A stretch of DNA of 64,000 nucleotides from a virus, in IMG/VR virus record IMGVR_UViG_3300032236_001530, positions 64,001 through 128,000 of that record. The stretch is one strand, 5' to 3'. The notes beneath the pieces are model-generated. The model made no database searches, had not been told where the DNA came from, and worked only from the letters and a program-made list of their open reading frames with translations. How positions within the stretch are numbered: position 1 is the first letter of the stretch; every line of letters begins with the position of its first letter. This document shows, piece by piece, positions 19,500 to 29,396 of this stretch. The position numbers and the translations under genes are program-made.

Positions 19500-19724
19500 T
19501 GATAACTTTAGAATTACTAACTGACTTTCTACATGTACATCTTAGATATAATAAAGATATAATATGTGATTCATTTACTATTTTATTCAACATATAGATT
19601 TTATTTATATAAAGATGCTTTTAATTTTTTAAATTACATATATGATGATAATTTTTCGTATCTTTACCTAAGTAGAAAATATCTAAAATTTAAACAATAT
19701 AAAGATGAAATATATAAAAAATAA
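19499..19724 (+). pseudogene. Possible degraded homing-endonuclease remnant
   Basis: Two out-of-frame fragments. The second reads AFNFLNYIYDDNFSYLYLSRKYLKF, resembling the FL.YIY....YL.RKY tail of phage LAGLIDADG-like proteins. Confidence 0.3.
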
Positions 19725-20163
19725 ACCAATTGTGTACGTGGATATGGATGGCGTTCTTTGTAACTTTTACAAAGCCGCTAAACAAGCTCTTACAGATAAT
19801 CCAAGTCAAAAGTATCCACAATCTCAATGGGGTTTCTTTTTGAAGTTAGAAGAAATTCCTGGTGCTATTGAAGGTTTCAGAAAAATTGAAGAAAAATATG
19901 ATGTTTGGATTTTAACACGTCCTTCATTTAGAAATGTTAATTGTTACACCGAAAAAGCTCAATGGGTTTGGGACCATTTAGGTTTTGATATCGTTGAAAA
20001 AACAATTATGGCACCAAATAAGTCTTTCTTAAAAGGTGATTATCTTATTGATGATATGGGTAATGCTGGTCAAGAAGAATTTGAAGGTGAGTGGATCCAC
20101 TTTAAAACAGAAAGATTCCCAAATTGGGAATCAGTTGTTGAGTATTTGATGAATAAAGACTAA
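19705..20163 (+). CDS. 5'(3')-deoxyribonucleotidase (NT5C, HAD family)
   Basis: YVDMDGVL, EK..WV, GDYLIDD. Confidence 0.85.
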   Translation: MKYIKNKPIVYVDMDGVLCNFYKAAKQALTDNPSQKYPQSQWGFFLKLEEIPGAIEGFRKIEEKYDVWILTRPSFRNVNCYTEKAQWVWDHLGFDIVEKTIMAPNKSFLKGDYLIDDMGNAGQEEFEGEWIHFKTERFPNWESVVEYLMNKD

Positions 20164-20852
20164 GATTTATCTTTGCTATTATCTTGATTGGCATATTTAA
20201 CACCCATGATAGTACCAACGATACTAAATGAGTTTGTTAATAATATACTAACTATATTAGTCCAAGTTGAGCCGATAACATCCGTATTTAGACCTTTGAA
20301 TAGTGCAATTAAATAAACAGCTGTTACTACACCACCAACACCCATAATAACCCAGAGTGCTACTTTAACTATATTACCAATTAACTCAAATTGAGTTTTC
20401 TTTTGCATTAGTTCTAAGTCATTTTCTGCTAAATTCTTTGCTTGTTCTGCTTCTTGTCTAGCCTTTTCTGCTTCAATTCTTGCATTTTCAGCATCAACTC
20501 TTGCTTTTTGAGCTTCTTCTAATGCTGACTCTGCTTCTTGTTTAGCCGCCAACATTGCTTGATTTGAGTCTTCTGCCTCTTCTAATGCTTTTGTTAATTG
20601 CTTATTAACTCTTTCATTTTCTTTTTTCCATTTAACTAAATCTGTATTTTGACTTTGAACTTGTCTAGTCACATCCAATCTTTTTCTACGAACTTCTTTA
20701 TCTTTTTCAGTAGCTTCTTGTATGTATTTTTCAAATTCAGGATCACCATCAGAGTCAATTACTTTTAAAATATTCCCCTCAAGGCAAATTTTCTTTGTCT
20801 TGTAAAGTTCAAGTAATTGACTCTTGGTGTTCTTATCTATCTTAATCATCAT
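20160..20852 (-). CDS. Coiled-coil protein with two C-terminal TM helices
   Basis: A/E/K-rich heptads, then two hydrophobic segments; co-oriented with the receiver and kinase genes. Confidence 0.65.
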   Translation of the reverse strand: MMIKIDKNTKSQLLELYKTKKICLEGNILKVIDSDGDPEFEKYIQEATEKDKEVRRKRLDVTRQVQSQNTDLVKWKKENERVNKQLTKALEEAEDSNQAMLAAKQEAESALEEAQKARVDAENARIEAEKARQEAEQAKNLAENDLELMQKKTQFELIGNIVKVALWVIMGVGGVVTAVYLIALFKGLNTDVIGSTWTNIVSILLTNSFSIVGTIMGVKYANQDNSKDKS

Positions 20853-20858
20853 TAAAAT

Positions 20859-21296
20859 TTATTTATAAATCTTGAAAGGCAGTGTTCTTTTTTTGTAGCC
20901 ATCATAGTCATTTCTAAATTCCATAAGTCTTGGTTCAATATCATCTGATTTAATAATCCAGAATTGAGCACCAGCAGCAACTGCTTTTGCTTGTTCTTCT
21001 GATTCATTTGAAGAAGATATAATACCAATAACTACATTGTTACCATACTCAAAGTTAATTTTTCTGATAAGTTCAATGCCGTCAAATGATGACCCAACTA
21101 TATTTAGGTCAACAAATACACACTCTGGTCTTTCTTCTATAGGACCTTCTTTAAACCACTTCTTAAAAAGCTTTTCAGCTTCATCTGAACTTGTTAAACT
21201 TTGTAAAGATAAAGTTATATCTAAAAGACTACAAGCATCTTCGAATACTAAGTGAAACAAATCTTCATCATCTACTAATAAAATTGATTCTATCAT
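20859..21296 (-). CDS. Single-domain response regulator (receiver)
   Basis: LLVDDE, FVDLN (phospho-Asp), DGIELIR, ISSS, GA..WIIK. Confidence 0.85.
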   Translation of the reverse strand: MIESILLVDDEDLFHLVFEDACSLLDITLSLQSLTSSDEAEKLFKKWFKEGPIEERPECVFVDLNIVGSSFDGIELIRKINFEYGNNVVIGIISSSNESEEQAKAVAAGAQFWIIKSDDIEPRLMEFRNDYDGYKKRTLPFKIYK

Positions 21297-21304
21297 TTTG
21301 TTTT

Positions 21305-21829
21305 TTATTTTTGTTCTAGCATTTGAATGCTTATCAATAATCTAATCTCACCACCTACCATTGCATTACCTTTTCCTGAAAGTGCATTGAATGTTAAGCC
21401 ATAATCTGCTCTGTTTACTTTACCACTTAATTCAAAACCATGTTTAGTATTACCATACATATCAACGTCATTACCGTTGTAAGTACCATCTAAAACAATT
21501 GATTTAGTTATACCTTTAATTGTTAAATCTCCAGTAACAATATACTCATCACCATCTTTTTCAACCGAAGTTGATGTGTAACTAATTTTTGGATATTCTT
21601 CAGCTGAAAAGAAATCTGGTGATTTCAAGTGAGCATCTCTATCTGCTATGTTTGTATAAACTGAATCTACATCACACTCAAATGTGATTTTTGCATCAGT
21701 GAAATCTTCTGTACTACTTTCCATTGTAGCGTCAAATTTTTGGAAACAACCATTAACGGTTGAGATCATCATGTGTTTCACTTTGAATGCGATATCAGAA
21801 TGAAACGGGTCAATTTTGTAAGTTGCCAT
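21305..21829 (-). CDS. YceI-family protein
   Basis: ID..HS.I.F.VKHMMISTV.G.F, RDAHLKS.DFF, GDLTIKG. Confidence 0.9.
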   Translation of the reverse strand: MATYKIDPFHSDIAFKVKHMMISTVNGCFQKFDATMESSTEDFTDAKITFECDVDSVYTNIADRDAHLKSPDFFSAEEYPKISYTSTSVEKDGDEYIVTGDLTIKGITKSIVLDGTYNGNDVDMYGNTKHGFELSGKVNRADYGLTFNALSGKGNAMVGGEIRLLISIQMLEQK

Positions 21830-21845
21830 AATTGTTTGTTTTTTT

Positions 21846-23633
21846 TTATTTTAATTTTATTTTTATTTTTGTACCTACCTCGTTCTTTTCACATGTTACT
21901 TTGAATCCGTGTTCATTCAAAATTGCAACGCAAATATTAAGTCCGAGTCCAGTACCGGTTTCTTTTTGTCCTTCTTTTCTTGTATATGGTTGTGATAAAT
22001 AATCAAAATCTGCTTGTGTCATACCTCTACCATTATCTTGTATAGCAATATGATCTTCATCTTCCATGAAAATAGCCACCATTTTTGATTCACTATCGTT
22101 ATATTTTAATCCATTGCGAATTAGATTATCAACTGCCGTACAGAAAAGAGCTTGGTTTACTTCTATCTTTGGTAGATAATCAATAGCAACTTGACTAAAG
22201 TAAGATGTGTTAGATAGATAATCTGTTAAGATTTGTCTTAAATCATGTAGCTCTTTATTAAGCTCTGCATCTTTTTTAACTAAATTGGTAAACTCATATA
22301 CACCTTTATAAACTTTTTGAGTATGTAGTAGACCCTCTTTAATCATTTTAAGTGGAGATTCTATCTTCAATTCTTTTATAACTTCTGGTGTTAAACGTCT
22401 TTCTAAAGAGTTTATACCTCTTGGCATATATGTGTTGATACCAGAGTGCATATCGTGTCTTAAAATCTTTGCCGCGTGTTCTAAATAAGTATTCTTTTTG
22501 TTAATCTCTTCTATATTTTTATGAATTTCTTGTGTACTATTAATAACATCTGTTACGTCATATCCAATTGACATAAACCCTTGAACTTCACCAGCTTCAT
22601 CAAAGTCTGCCTTTATATAAGTATCTATATAATATAATTCATCATTCTTGGTTTTGTTTGTTACAACTTCATGCCATATTTGTTTATCTTTTAATGTTGT
22701 TCTGTACATATCTTTCCAGAACAGCTTAGAGTGTTCACCTGAGCTAACTACATTTAAAGTTTTACCTTTTATTTCTTTCAATCTCCATTCAGAAACCTCT
22801 TCAAATCTTTTATTAACATAAGTAATGTGACCTTCTTTATCTGTTTTGGTAACTATAACAGAACTATCAACAAATTTTTCAAAATCAAGTAAATTTTTAC
22901 TTATTTTATTACCTTCTTTAACTGAAAAGGCAAATGAATAAAGTGATGATAACATCTGAGCAAAATCAACCTCACAATCACTCCACTCTCTTAGTGTCAA
23001 ACTTTCAATACAAATAACACCAATGATACTTCCTCTGAATATAACAGGTACATCTAACATTGACTTTATACCAAGTGGTTTAAGATAACCTTCAGTGAAA
23101 CAAGAAGTTGCTGAATGTTTTTCAGCATCATTAGCTACAATGATAGGATCAACTAAAAGATGATCAAAGTATTCTGTAAAATCTTTTTTGAATAATTCAA
23201 TATTTTGATACCAATTATCTTCGGATTTAATATAAAGTTGTTGACAAACAATTGATGTTTTATCTTTATTATATAACCAAATAGAACATCTATCAGCACC
23301 TATTGATTGTGTTACTTCTTTAGTTAGTAACTTACCACCATCTGAAATATTTCCTTCATAGAAAAGTGTATTATGTGATTGTGATATAATAACACTATTT
23401 AGTTTATTCAAGTATTCATTCCTCTTAACTACTAACCTATTGTTTTTTATAAACTCATAAACAACAATTATAAAAAAAGGAACAAATAGTAAAAAACAAA
23501 CATACCCTGCTATGCCAATATTTTCTGTATATTTTAAGTACTGAAAAACTACTAATGATTCAAGTCCAAAATAGAACATCATTATTATAGCTGATACTGC
23601 TAAGGATATTTTATAGATTAAAGAAGTTTTCAT
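21846..23633 (-). CDS. Sensor histidine kinase (2 TM, GAF, PAS, HisKA, HATPase)
   Basis: GAF (SMLDVP), PAS (TD..G.ITYVN..F), H-box RHD, N-box NLIRNGLKY, DNGRG, GTGLGL. Confidence 0.9.
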   Translation of the reverse strand: MKTSLIYKISLAVSAIIMMFYFGLESLVVFQYLKYTENIGIAGYVCFLLFVPFFIIVVYEFIKNNRLVVKRNEYLNKLNSVIISQSHNTLFYEGNISDGGKLLTKEVTQSIGADRCSIWLYNKDKTSIVCQQLYIKSEDNWYQNIELFKKDFTEYFDHLLVDPIIVANDAEKHSATSCFTEGYLKPLGIKSMLDVPVIFRGSIIGVICIESLTLREWSDCEVDFAQMLSSLYSFAFSVKEGNKISKNLLDFEKFVDSSVIVTKTDKEGHITYVNKRFEEVSEWRLKEIKGKTLNVVSSGEHSKLFWKDMYRTTLKDKQIWHEVVTNKTKNDELYYIDTYIKADFDEAGEVQGFMSIGYDVTDVINSTQEIHKNIEEINKKNTYLEHAAKILRHDMHSGINTYMPRGINSLERRLTPEVIKELKIESPLKMIKEGLLHTQKVYKGVYEFTNLVKKDAELNKELHDLRQILTDYLSNTSYFSQVAIDYLPKIEVNQALFCTAVDNLIRNGLKYNDSESKMVAIFMEDEDHIAIQDNGRGMTQADFDYLSQPYTRKEGQKETGTGLGLNICVAILNEHGFKVTCEKNEVGTKIKIKLK

Positions 23634-23673
23634 ATTCTATCTCTATATATCGGATATGTAAAACTTTCTTTTT

Positions 23674-24045
23674 TTAAGAAATTACGTCTTTTTTGTCTTT
23701 TAGTAAGCCCCTATTGTCTTTTGGTAAAATATCAATATTATATTTTTTTCCTAACATTATTAATAAAGGGGTTATTGGGATAGGAATAGGAATTCCTGCT
23801 ATAGCAACCAATGGTAGAATTTTAATAATATCTATTGAGTGAGCCCTAAGAAAATTCTTTTCTTTTTCAGATACTTCTTCACCTTTTATCATTCTTGATA
23901 AAATTTCTATTGATATTTTGGTTTCTTCGCCTTCTATTTTAGTGGCTTCCCAAGTATCTGATGCCATTTTTCCACCTTTTTTGACTAAATCATTTAAGTA
24001 AGTACCTATCTTCTCAATGCCGTCAAAACTTTTTGTCTTGCTCAT
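23674..24045 (-). CDS. Hypothetical protein
   Basis: 123-aa ORF with a hydrophobic IPIPIP segment. Confidence 0.55.
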   Translation of the reverse strand: MSKTKSFDGIEKIGTYLNDLVKKGGKMASDTWEATKIEGEETKISIEILSRMIKGEEVSEKEKNFLRAHSIDIIKILPLVAIAGIPIPIPITPLLIMLGKKYNIDILPKDNRGLLKDKKDVIS

Positions 24046-24139
24046 ATAAACTTATATATAAATTAATATAAAAGATAAAGGTGTTTTAAAAATTATTAGC
24101 AATCATGTAACATCATGATGATACTATATAAATAATAAA

Positions 24140-24171
24140 TTTGGAAACCCTGAAAATTTTAACTATATTTG
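24140..24171 (+). promoter_or_regulatory. Bacteroidota-type promoter
   Basis: TTTG-N20-TATATTTG, 5 nt before ATG 24177. Confidence 0.7.
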
Positions 24172-24176
24172 TAATT

Positions 24177-24929
24177 ATGCGTTTATTATATTTGGGTGAC
24201 ATACATGGTAACTTTAATCTCATACATCAATATGTAAAGATGTATGGTATTACTGACGCGCATATAATTCAAGTTGGTGATTTTGGTGTTGGTTTTGGTA
24301 CCATAGAAAAAGAAAAGCGTATGCTTGAAATGTATCACCCTCAACTTGTAAAAAATAATGTTCATGTTTGGGGCATTCGTGGTAATCATGATTACAAACC
24401 TCACTTTGATAATGATCCGTTTGGTTTTACTAATATTCACTTAGTACCTGACTATACCGTACTTAATTTAGCAGATAAGAATATTCTTTGTATTGGTGGA
24501 GCTGTCAGTGTTGATCGTGAATGGCGTTACACAAGAGCTCAAAAATTAGGAACTTCGCAAGGTCCAACTTTAGGTATTGAAAGCTGGTGGCCTGATGAAG
24601 TATTTATTTTAGATATTGAAAAACTTGGTCAATATAGAGATATTGATATCGTAGTAACTCATACGGCTCCTGATTATTGTATACCTGATAATAAAATGGG
24701 CTTAGGTAGCTTTGTAAATGGTATTATCAAAGATACTGGTGATGAAGCTTTAAGAACTGATTTACTTGTTGAAAGAAATCTTTTAACACAAGCATTTACA
24801 ATCTTAAAATTAAATAATAGCATTGAATATCACTATTATGGTCATTTTCATAAAAGTGATAATATCACAATGTTTGGAACTAAACATCGACTTTTAGGAG
24901 TTGGTGAACTTTGGGAAGAGAGAGATTAA
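24177..24929 (+). CDS. Calcineurin-like metallophosphoesterase
   Basis: GDIHG, GDFG, GNHD, VTH, GHFH; true start probably ATG 24177. Confidence 0.9.
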   Translation: MRLLYLGDIHGNFNLIHQYVKMYGITDAHIIQVGDFGVGFGTIEKEKRMLEMYHPQLVKNNVHVWGIRGNHDYKPHFDNDPFGFTNIHLVPDYTVLNLADKNILCIGGAVSVDREWRYTRAQKLGTSQGPTLGIESWWPDEVFILDIEKLGQYRDIDIVVTHTAPDYCIPDNKMGLGSFVNGIIKDTGDEALRTDLLVERNLLTQAFTILKLNNSIEYHYYGHFHKSDNITMFGTKHRLLGVGELWEERD

Positions 24930-24950
24930 AACAATCTCTCTTTTTTATTT
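24919..24950 (+). terminator. Intrinsic terminator
   Basis: AGAGAGATT/AATCTCTCT stem followed by a T-tract. Confidence 0.55.
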
Positions 24951-24960
24951 TATAATAGAA

Positions 24961-25155
24961 ATGAGAAGCTCAACTTTAATATGTATTAGGTGGAAACTTA
25001 CAGGTAGAATAGAAATATTTAATAACCTAGGTAAGTTATTTTCTGCATATTCTGGTAATACATTAGGTGTCAGTCGAGGTACTTTAGATAGAAGGAATTT
25101 ATTTGAAGGATATCAAAATGACACGGTTGAGATTTATAAAATGAACGTTAGTTAA
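24961..25155 (+). CDS. Small hypothetical protein
   Basis: ATG 24961, 64 aa. Confidence 0.45.
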   Translation: MRSSTLICIRWKLTGRIEIFNNLGKLFSAYSGNTLGVSRGTLDRRNLFEGYQNDTVEIYKMNVS

Positions 25156-25314
25156 TCAAATTTTCTTGAAAAAATAAATTATTTTTTGTATATTTGTAAT
25201 ATAATATATAGATTATAACTGCGTCTTATGTGTGTTTGATGGTGAGGAGTGCGAGGCGTAAGTCAAAAAGTATTTAATTTATGGAACCTGGTCCCACGAT
25301 AAAACAAAAGAAAG

Positions 25315-25596
25315 ATGACAAAAACAAAACTAGCGACATTGTTCCTAATGTTGGGGATGTTTTTCAACCCCTTTGGATTCGATGCTATTCAGATAATGCT
25401 AATGAAATTAACTGGTTCTTACTTAGGAGCCAATTTAGTTTTGTATTGCCTTGCGGCATTTTGCTTTGGCTTATATTTTTACTTTTCGGGTAATAATCCT
25501 TTTACTACGATAAGAGATATTATATTAACCATTTGGCAAGACAAAATAATTCACAATTTTAAGAAATTTAAAAAGAAAAAAGAGAGTCGTAACTGA
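25315..25596 (+). CDS. Small membrane protein
   Basis: Hydrophobic 93-aa ORF; TATATTTG at 25189-25196 upstream. Confidence 0.55.
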   Translation: MTKTKLATLFLMLGMFFNPFGFDAIQIMLMKLTGSYLGANLVLYCLAAFCFGLYFYFSGNNPFTTIRDIILTIWQDKIIHNFKKFKKKKESRN

Positions 25597-25610
25597 CTCT
25601 CTTTTCTTTT
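25571..25610. terminator. Bidirectional terminator
   Basis: aaagagagtc/gactctcttt stem with A- and T-tracts between convergent genes. Confidence 0.75.
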
Positions 25611-25611
25611 A

Positions 25612-26502
25612 TTATGCCAGTGTAATCACTGGAAAATTCATATTAGCTTTTTGACTTGTTTTTTTCTCTTCTTGTAACAACTGATAAGCTCTTGCTAACC
25701 TTGTCATTCCAATTCCACCACCAAATCTTGGGAAGAAATTATAAGATAAGAATTCTTCTAGTTCAGCTTCTACTCTTTCTTTACCAAATAGTTCAAATAA
25801 TTTAGCACAATATCCACCATTTTCAATTGTGTAGAAATTGTGTCTCATTTCTTCAACATCACAACTTCTCTCAGCAGAACCGATTGTCTCTTGACCATAA
25901 AGAATAACATCTACTTTATTAAAGATACTATCTTCATTATGTTTCATATTCCAAAAAGGATTAGTTCTTAAAGGAAAATGTTGTAAAGAAACTACAGATC
26001 CTTTTTCTTTCCACATTCTACTTTCATGCTCATCTTCTAATATTTGAACACCACCATATTCTTGACAAACATCATCATAGTTTACTTCTACTGGATTATC
26101 AAATCCTAAGTGTGCCAAAATTTCAGATTCTAATTTAAGTAGATCTTTCATTCCACCTTTTGATTCAAACTCAAACATAGGGAAGATTAATTCGTGTCTT
26201 CCAGGAATAGGATTCTTTTCTTGACGATAAGAAGTTGAGATACAAAAGCATCCTGGTAATTGTGGGTTGCTAAGTAGTACTTCTTCTAAAACCATTTGAC
26301 CTGTTTGTGGTAAAGGCCAGACCTCACCTACATAATCAAATTTTGTTACTGAGTGTGGATTTTCACAAGCCGATAATATTGTTAAATTTGGCTGTGTTGC
26401 AACTTCTATGAAACCTTTATTTAAAAAAAACTCTCGCATTTTTTGTACGAGATCATGATAGGTTTTTAAGTTGTTAATGTTTGTGCGTTTTTCTTTTGAC
26501 AT
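25612..26502 (-). CDS. Class IIb aminoacyl-tRNA synthetase catalytic-domain paralog (Asn/Asp/Lys-type, no anticodon-binding domain)
   Basis: Motif 1 (REFF...GF.EV), LPQTGQ, motif 2 (YRQE....RH..F...EFE), ETIGSAER, motif 3 (GGGIG..RL); 296 aa. Confidence 0.8.
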   Translation of the reverse strand: MSKEKRTNINNLKTYHDLVQKMREFFLNKGFIEVATQPNLTILSACENPHSVTKFDYVGEVWPLPQTGQMVLEEVLLSNPQLPGCFCISTSYRQEKNPIPGRHELIFPMFEFESKGGMKDLLKLESEILAHLGFDNPVEVNYDDVCQEYGGVQILEDEHESRMWKEKGSVVSLQHFPLRTNPFWNMKHNEDSIFNKVDVILYGQETIGSAERSCDVEEMRHNFYTIENGGYCAKLFELFGKERVEAELEEFLSYNFFPRFGGGIGMTRLARAYQLLQEEKKTSQKANMNFPVITLA

Positions 26503-26600
26503 ATGAAATTTTTTTTTTGAGCCAGAACTAAATGCTCTGGCTCAAATTAATTATCTTTGTATATATCTAAAAAAAATTCCTTTGTTTAGCAAAAATTAAA

Positions 26601-27326
26601 TTATTTTTCATATTTTTTATTAAACTTATAAGCAAAGCCAAATGTTAGTGTTTGTAACATTTTAACATTACTCACACTTCTATAATTGACAATATCTTGT
26701 ATAATAAAGTTAAGTGGTTTTTTTGGGAATATAGATAGTTTTGTAGTACCATAAACAATGTAATCACTTGGGTTATTTATATTTGGTTGATAGTAGTATT
26801 CTGTTGATATTCCAATTAACTTTCCATCAATTTTAATTCTACCTCTTATAGAATGTCTTAAAGCTTCTTTTGATGATGGAAGTATTCCATTTGGATCGTT
26901 AACATAGTCAGTATGTGTATAAAGAAAAGCATATGATAAAGACATTTTACCCCAACTATAATTTTCTTTAACTCCACAACCTATACCTAACCAGTTATCA
27001 GCTAATATTCCTCTTGATAATGAATAGTTATATTGATATGTTGTAAAAAAATCATAATGCTCTTTATTCCAACTAAGATTGGCTTTTTGTATAAACTCAT
27101 TTTGGCTAAGATTAGGGTTATATTGAATATTATAGTTAGTTCCTAAATCTAAACCAATTGATTTTTTGAAATTTATTGAGTTATTACCTATAAATTCAGC
27201 ACCAAATAATTCACCGGTTTTAGACTGAGAATACATGCCTGTTAAACTATTATCAAGTGTGATTTCTTTTTGAGCGTATGTCTTTATTGTAAGTAGTGTT
27301 AGTAAAATAAATAATATTTTTTTCAT
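26601..27326 (-). CDS. Putative outer-membrane beta-barrel (DUF481-like)
   Basis: Signal peptide, amphipathic strands, YYQP, terminal LTFGFAYKF. Confidence 0.55.
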   Translation of the reverse strand: MKKILFILLTLLTIKTYAQKEITLDNSLTGMYSQSKTGELFGAEFIGNNSINFKKSIGLDLGTNYNIQYNPNLSQNEFIQKANLSWNKEHYDFFTTYQYNYSLSRGILADNWLGIGCGVKENYSWGKMSLSYAFLYTHTDYVNDPNGILPSSKEALRHSIRGRIKIDGKLIGISTEYYYQPNINNPSDYIVYGTTKLSIFPKKPLNFIIQDIVNYRSVSNVKMLQTLTFGFAYKFNKKYEK

Positions 27327-27411
27327 CGTAGTGATTATTTTTGTCTAATTATATATAAATAAAAATTTTTAAAAAAATAGAAAAATATATAAAATAAAAA
27401 TATTAATCACT

Positions 27412-27546
27412 ATGGCAAAAGCTACTACACAACCTGTTAAATCTTTTTCTTCTAAACCTAAGAAAAGAGGCAAGTACTCTAAAAAAGAAAGTTCTAATAA
27501 AACATCAAAGAACTATAAGAAAAAATACAGAGGTCAAGGTAGATAA
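27412..27546 (+). CDS. Small basic protein ending KKYRGQGR (44 aa; below the track cut-off)
   Basis: MAKATTQPVKSFSSKPKKRGKYSKKESSNKTSKNYKKKYRGQGR; AATATATA upstream. Confidence 0.7.
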   Translation: MAKATTQPVKSFSSKPKKRGKYSKKESSNKTSKNYKKKYRGQGR

Positions 27547-27576
27547 ACAATTTTGCTATTAGTGTCTATAAACACT

Positions 27577-27918
27577 ATGTTTATTTCACAAATATTTTGG
27601 GTTAATTTTATACTATTCATTTGGTTTGAAACTGATGGCTTTATAGAGTATGCAAAAATATTTAAGATAAGTAAGTATTTTAAGATTGATGATTTTGAAT
27701 TGTATAAAAAAGAATCGAATCCATCAATTACATATCACTCATATATAAGACAAAAACACAATAGCTTTTTATCGAGATTAGTAACATGTGTGCCTTGTTT
27801 TAACTTTTGGGTTGTTCTTATAGTTGCTTTATTTTTTAATAGTTTATCAATTTATCCAATTCTTTACATAATGAGTTATGTAATATATAGATTATTAAAA
27901 AAGTATATCTATGGCTAG
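27577..27918 (+). CDS. Membrane hypothetical protein with CxxC
   Basis: LVTCVPCFNFW and hydrophobic segments. Confidence 0.55.
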   Translation: MFISQIFWVNFILFIWFETDGFIEYAKIFKISKYFKIDDFELYKKESNPSITYHSYIRQKHNSFLSRLVTCVPCFNFWVVLIVALFFNSLSIYPILYIMSYVIYRLLKKYIYG

Positions 27919-28171
27919 TATAACCAGAAATCTAAATATTGAATCAAAAAAACATCTTTATAGATTAATTAACACCAATGAAGAGTTGTCATCTAATAAG
28001 ATTTTTTTACCATTTATGGATTCAATGCAGGATTATTTTTATGGTTGTAAATGTAATATAGATATTTATGAATTAAAATCAAACGAACAATATAATAGTT
28101 TATCAAGTAATCAAGAAGCGTTATTAAAACTAAAAGATTACTTTAGATGTCAAGAGATTATTTTTAACTAA
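27911..28171 (+). CDS. Hypothetical protein
   Basis: 86 aa with GCKC. Confidence 0.5.
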   Translation: MASITRNLNIESKKHLYRLINTNEELSSNKIFLPFMDSMQDYFYGCKCNIDIYELKSNEQYNSLSSNQEALLKLKDYFRCQEIIFN

Positions 28172-28198
28172 AAAAGCCACTTAATGAGTGGCTTTTTT
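28170..28198. terminator. Bidirectional terminator
   Basis: aaaaagccacttaatgagtggcttttt. Confidence 0.85.
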
Positions 28199-28215
28199 AA
28201 TTTAGTTTTGATAGA

Positions 28216-28632
28216 TTATTGAACTGAAACAACTTCAATATCAAAAATAAGTTCTTTACCAGCAAAAGGGTGATTGCCGTCAATCACTGCGTGATCTTCA
28301 TGCACTTCTTTAACCATAACATTAACTGGCATACCGTTATCAGCTTGTGCTTGTAATGACATACCAACTTCAACTGGTCCAGGTAATTGAGAACTTGGTA
28401 CCTTTACTACTAAGTCTTCTCTAACTTCACCATATGCTTCAGCTGGTGGAATGCTTACAGTTACTTTATCTCCAACATTTTTACCAATAATAGCATTTTC
28501 AAAACCAGGAATAATTTGTCCTGTTCCTACTGTAAAAGATAAAGGTGCTTTTCCTTCTGATGAGTCGAAAACTTCACCATCAGTGAGTCTTCCTGTGTAA
28601 TGCACATTTACTGTGCTTCCATTTTGTATCAT
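28216..28632 (-). CDS. FKBP-type peptidyl-prolyl isomerase (SlyD/SlpA-like)
   Basis: VHYTG.L.DGEVFDSS, G.GQIIPGFE, P..AYG, DGNHP.AGK.L.FDIEV. Confidence 0.93.
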   Translation of the reverse strand: MIQNGSTVNVHYTGRLTDGEVFDSSEGKAPLSFTVGTGQIIPGFENAIIGKNVGDKVTVSIPPAEAYGEVREDLVVKVPSSQLPGPVEVGMSLQAQADNGMPVNVMVKEVHEDHAVIDGNHPFAGKELIFDIEVVSVQ

Positions 28633-28718
28633 TTGATTATTCTTTTTTTATTTGTATATAATAAGTATAATAAAGTTTATCATATTAAACTTTTATTGTA
28701 AAATTTGATAAAAATATC

Positions 28719-29396
28719 GTGAGAGAATCTTTTACGGAATATAAAAAAACATTAGAACAAAATCTAATGAACATCAGTTATTTATATAACGGTGATGTTA
28801 TTTCGTCTATAGATTCTAGCTATACTGAAATTAAAAACTCACCTCTCACATCACCGAGTTTTATGATTAATAGTATAGTTAACATATATCAAGAAAGCTT
28901 TGATATAATGGTTGGTAAGTCTAAAGAGTTTGTGATACCAGAAGAATCTATAGCTGGCTTAGGTAAACAAGGAAATCTATTTGATAAAATATCTGAATTA
29001 GGTATAAAAGCAAATTATATTTTTTGTTCTGATAAAGGTAAAAAGTTATTTGGTTTGAGTAGCAACTTCTCAACAAATACAAGTGCTTTCCCATCATACT
29101 TTTATAGTATAGACAAGTATGTTGGTCTAAATATAGAAGTATTTAATTCACCTCTTATAAAAGAAGACAGTGATGAAATGGTTCTGTATGTTTTTGATAG
29201 GTCTATACAGAGTTTAGTATATTCTATACAAAATATGGAGTATTCTATTGTTCCAAATGATAAAGATAACTTTGAGTGGAATCACACAATAAGTTATAAA
29301 TTATATGATTGTAAATTCAACTCATATAAATTATCAATAAGAAATGTCTCTCGATTGAGGCACGATAAAATTAATAAAATATTAGATGGTAATTGA
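28719..29396 (+). CDS. Hypothetical protein
   Basis: GTG start; C-terminal RHDKINKIL. Confidence 0.55.
   Translation: MRESFTEYKKTLEQNLMNISYLYNGDVISSIDSSYTEIKNSPLTSPSFMINSIVNIYQESFDIMVGKSKEFVIPEESIAGLGKQGNLFDKISELGIKANYIFCSDKGKKLFGLSSNFSTNTSAFPSYFYSIDKYVGLNIEVFNSPLIKEDSDEMVLYVFDRSIQSLVYSIQNMEYSIVPNDKDNFEWNHTISYKLYDCKFNSYKLSIRNVSRLRHDKINKILDGN

Noticed and set aside
19595-19612. A fourth TAG-ATT readthrough site
   Set aside because: The TAG is at codon 33 rather than near a start, and the frame closes with TAA four codons later.
25220-25265. Riboswitch in the leader of ORF 25315
   Set aside because: Only a weak GU-rich stem (GCGTCTT/GAGGCGT) with no recognisable consensus.
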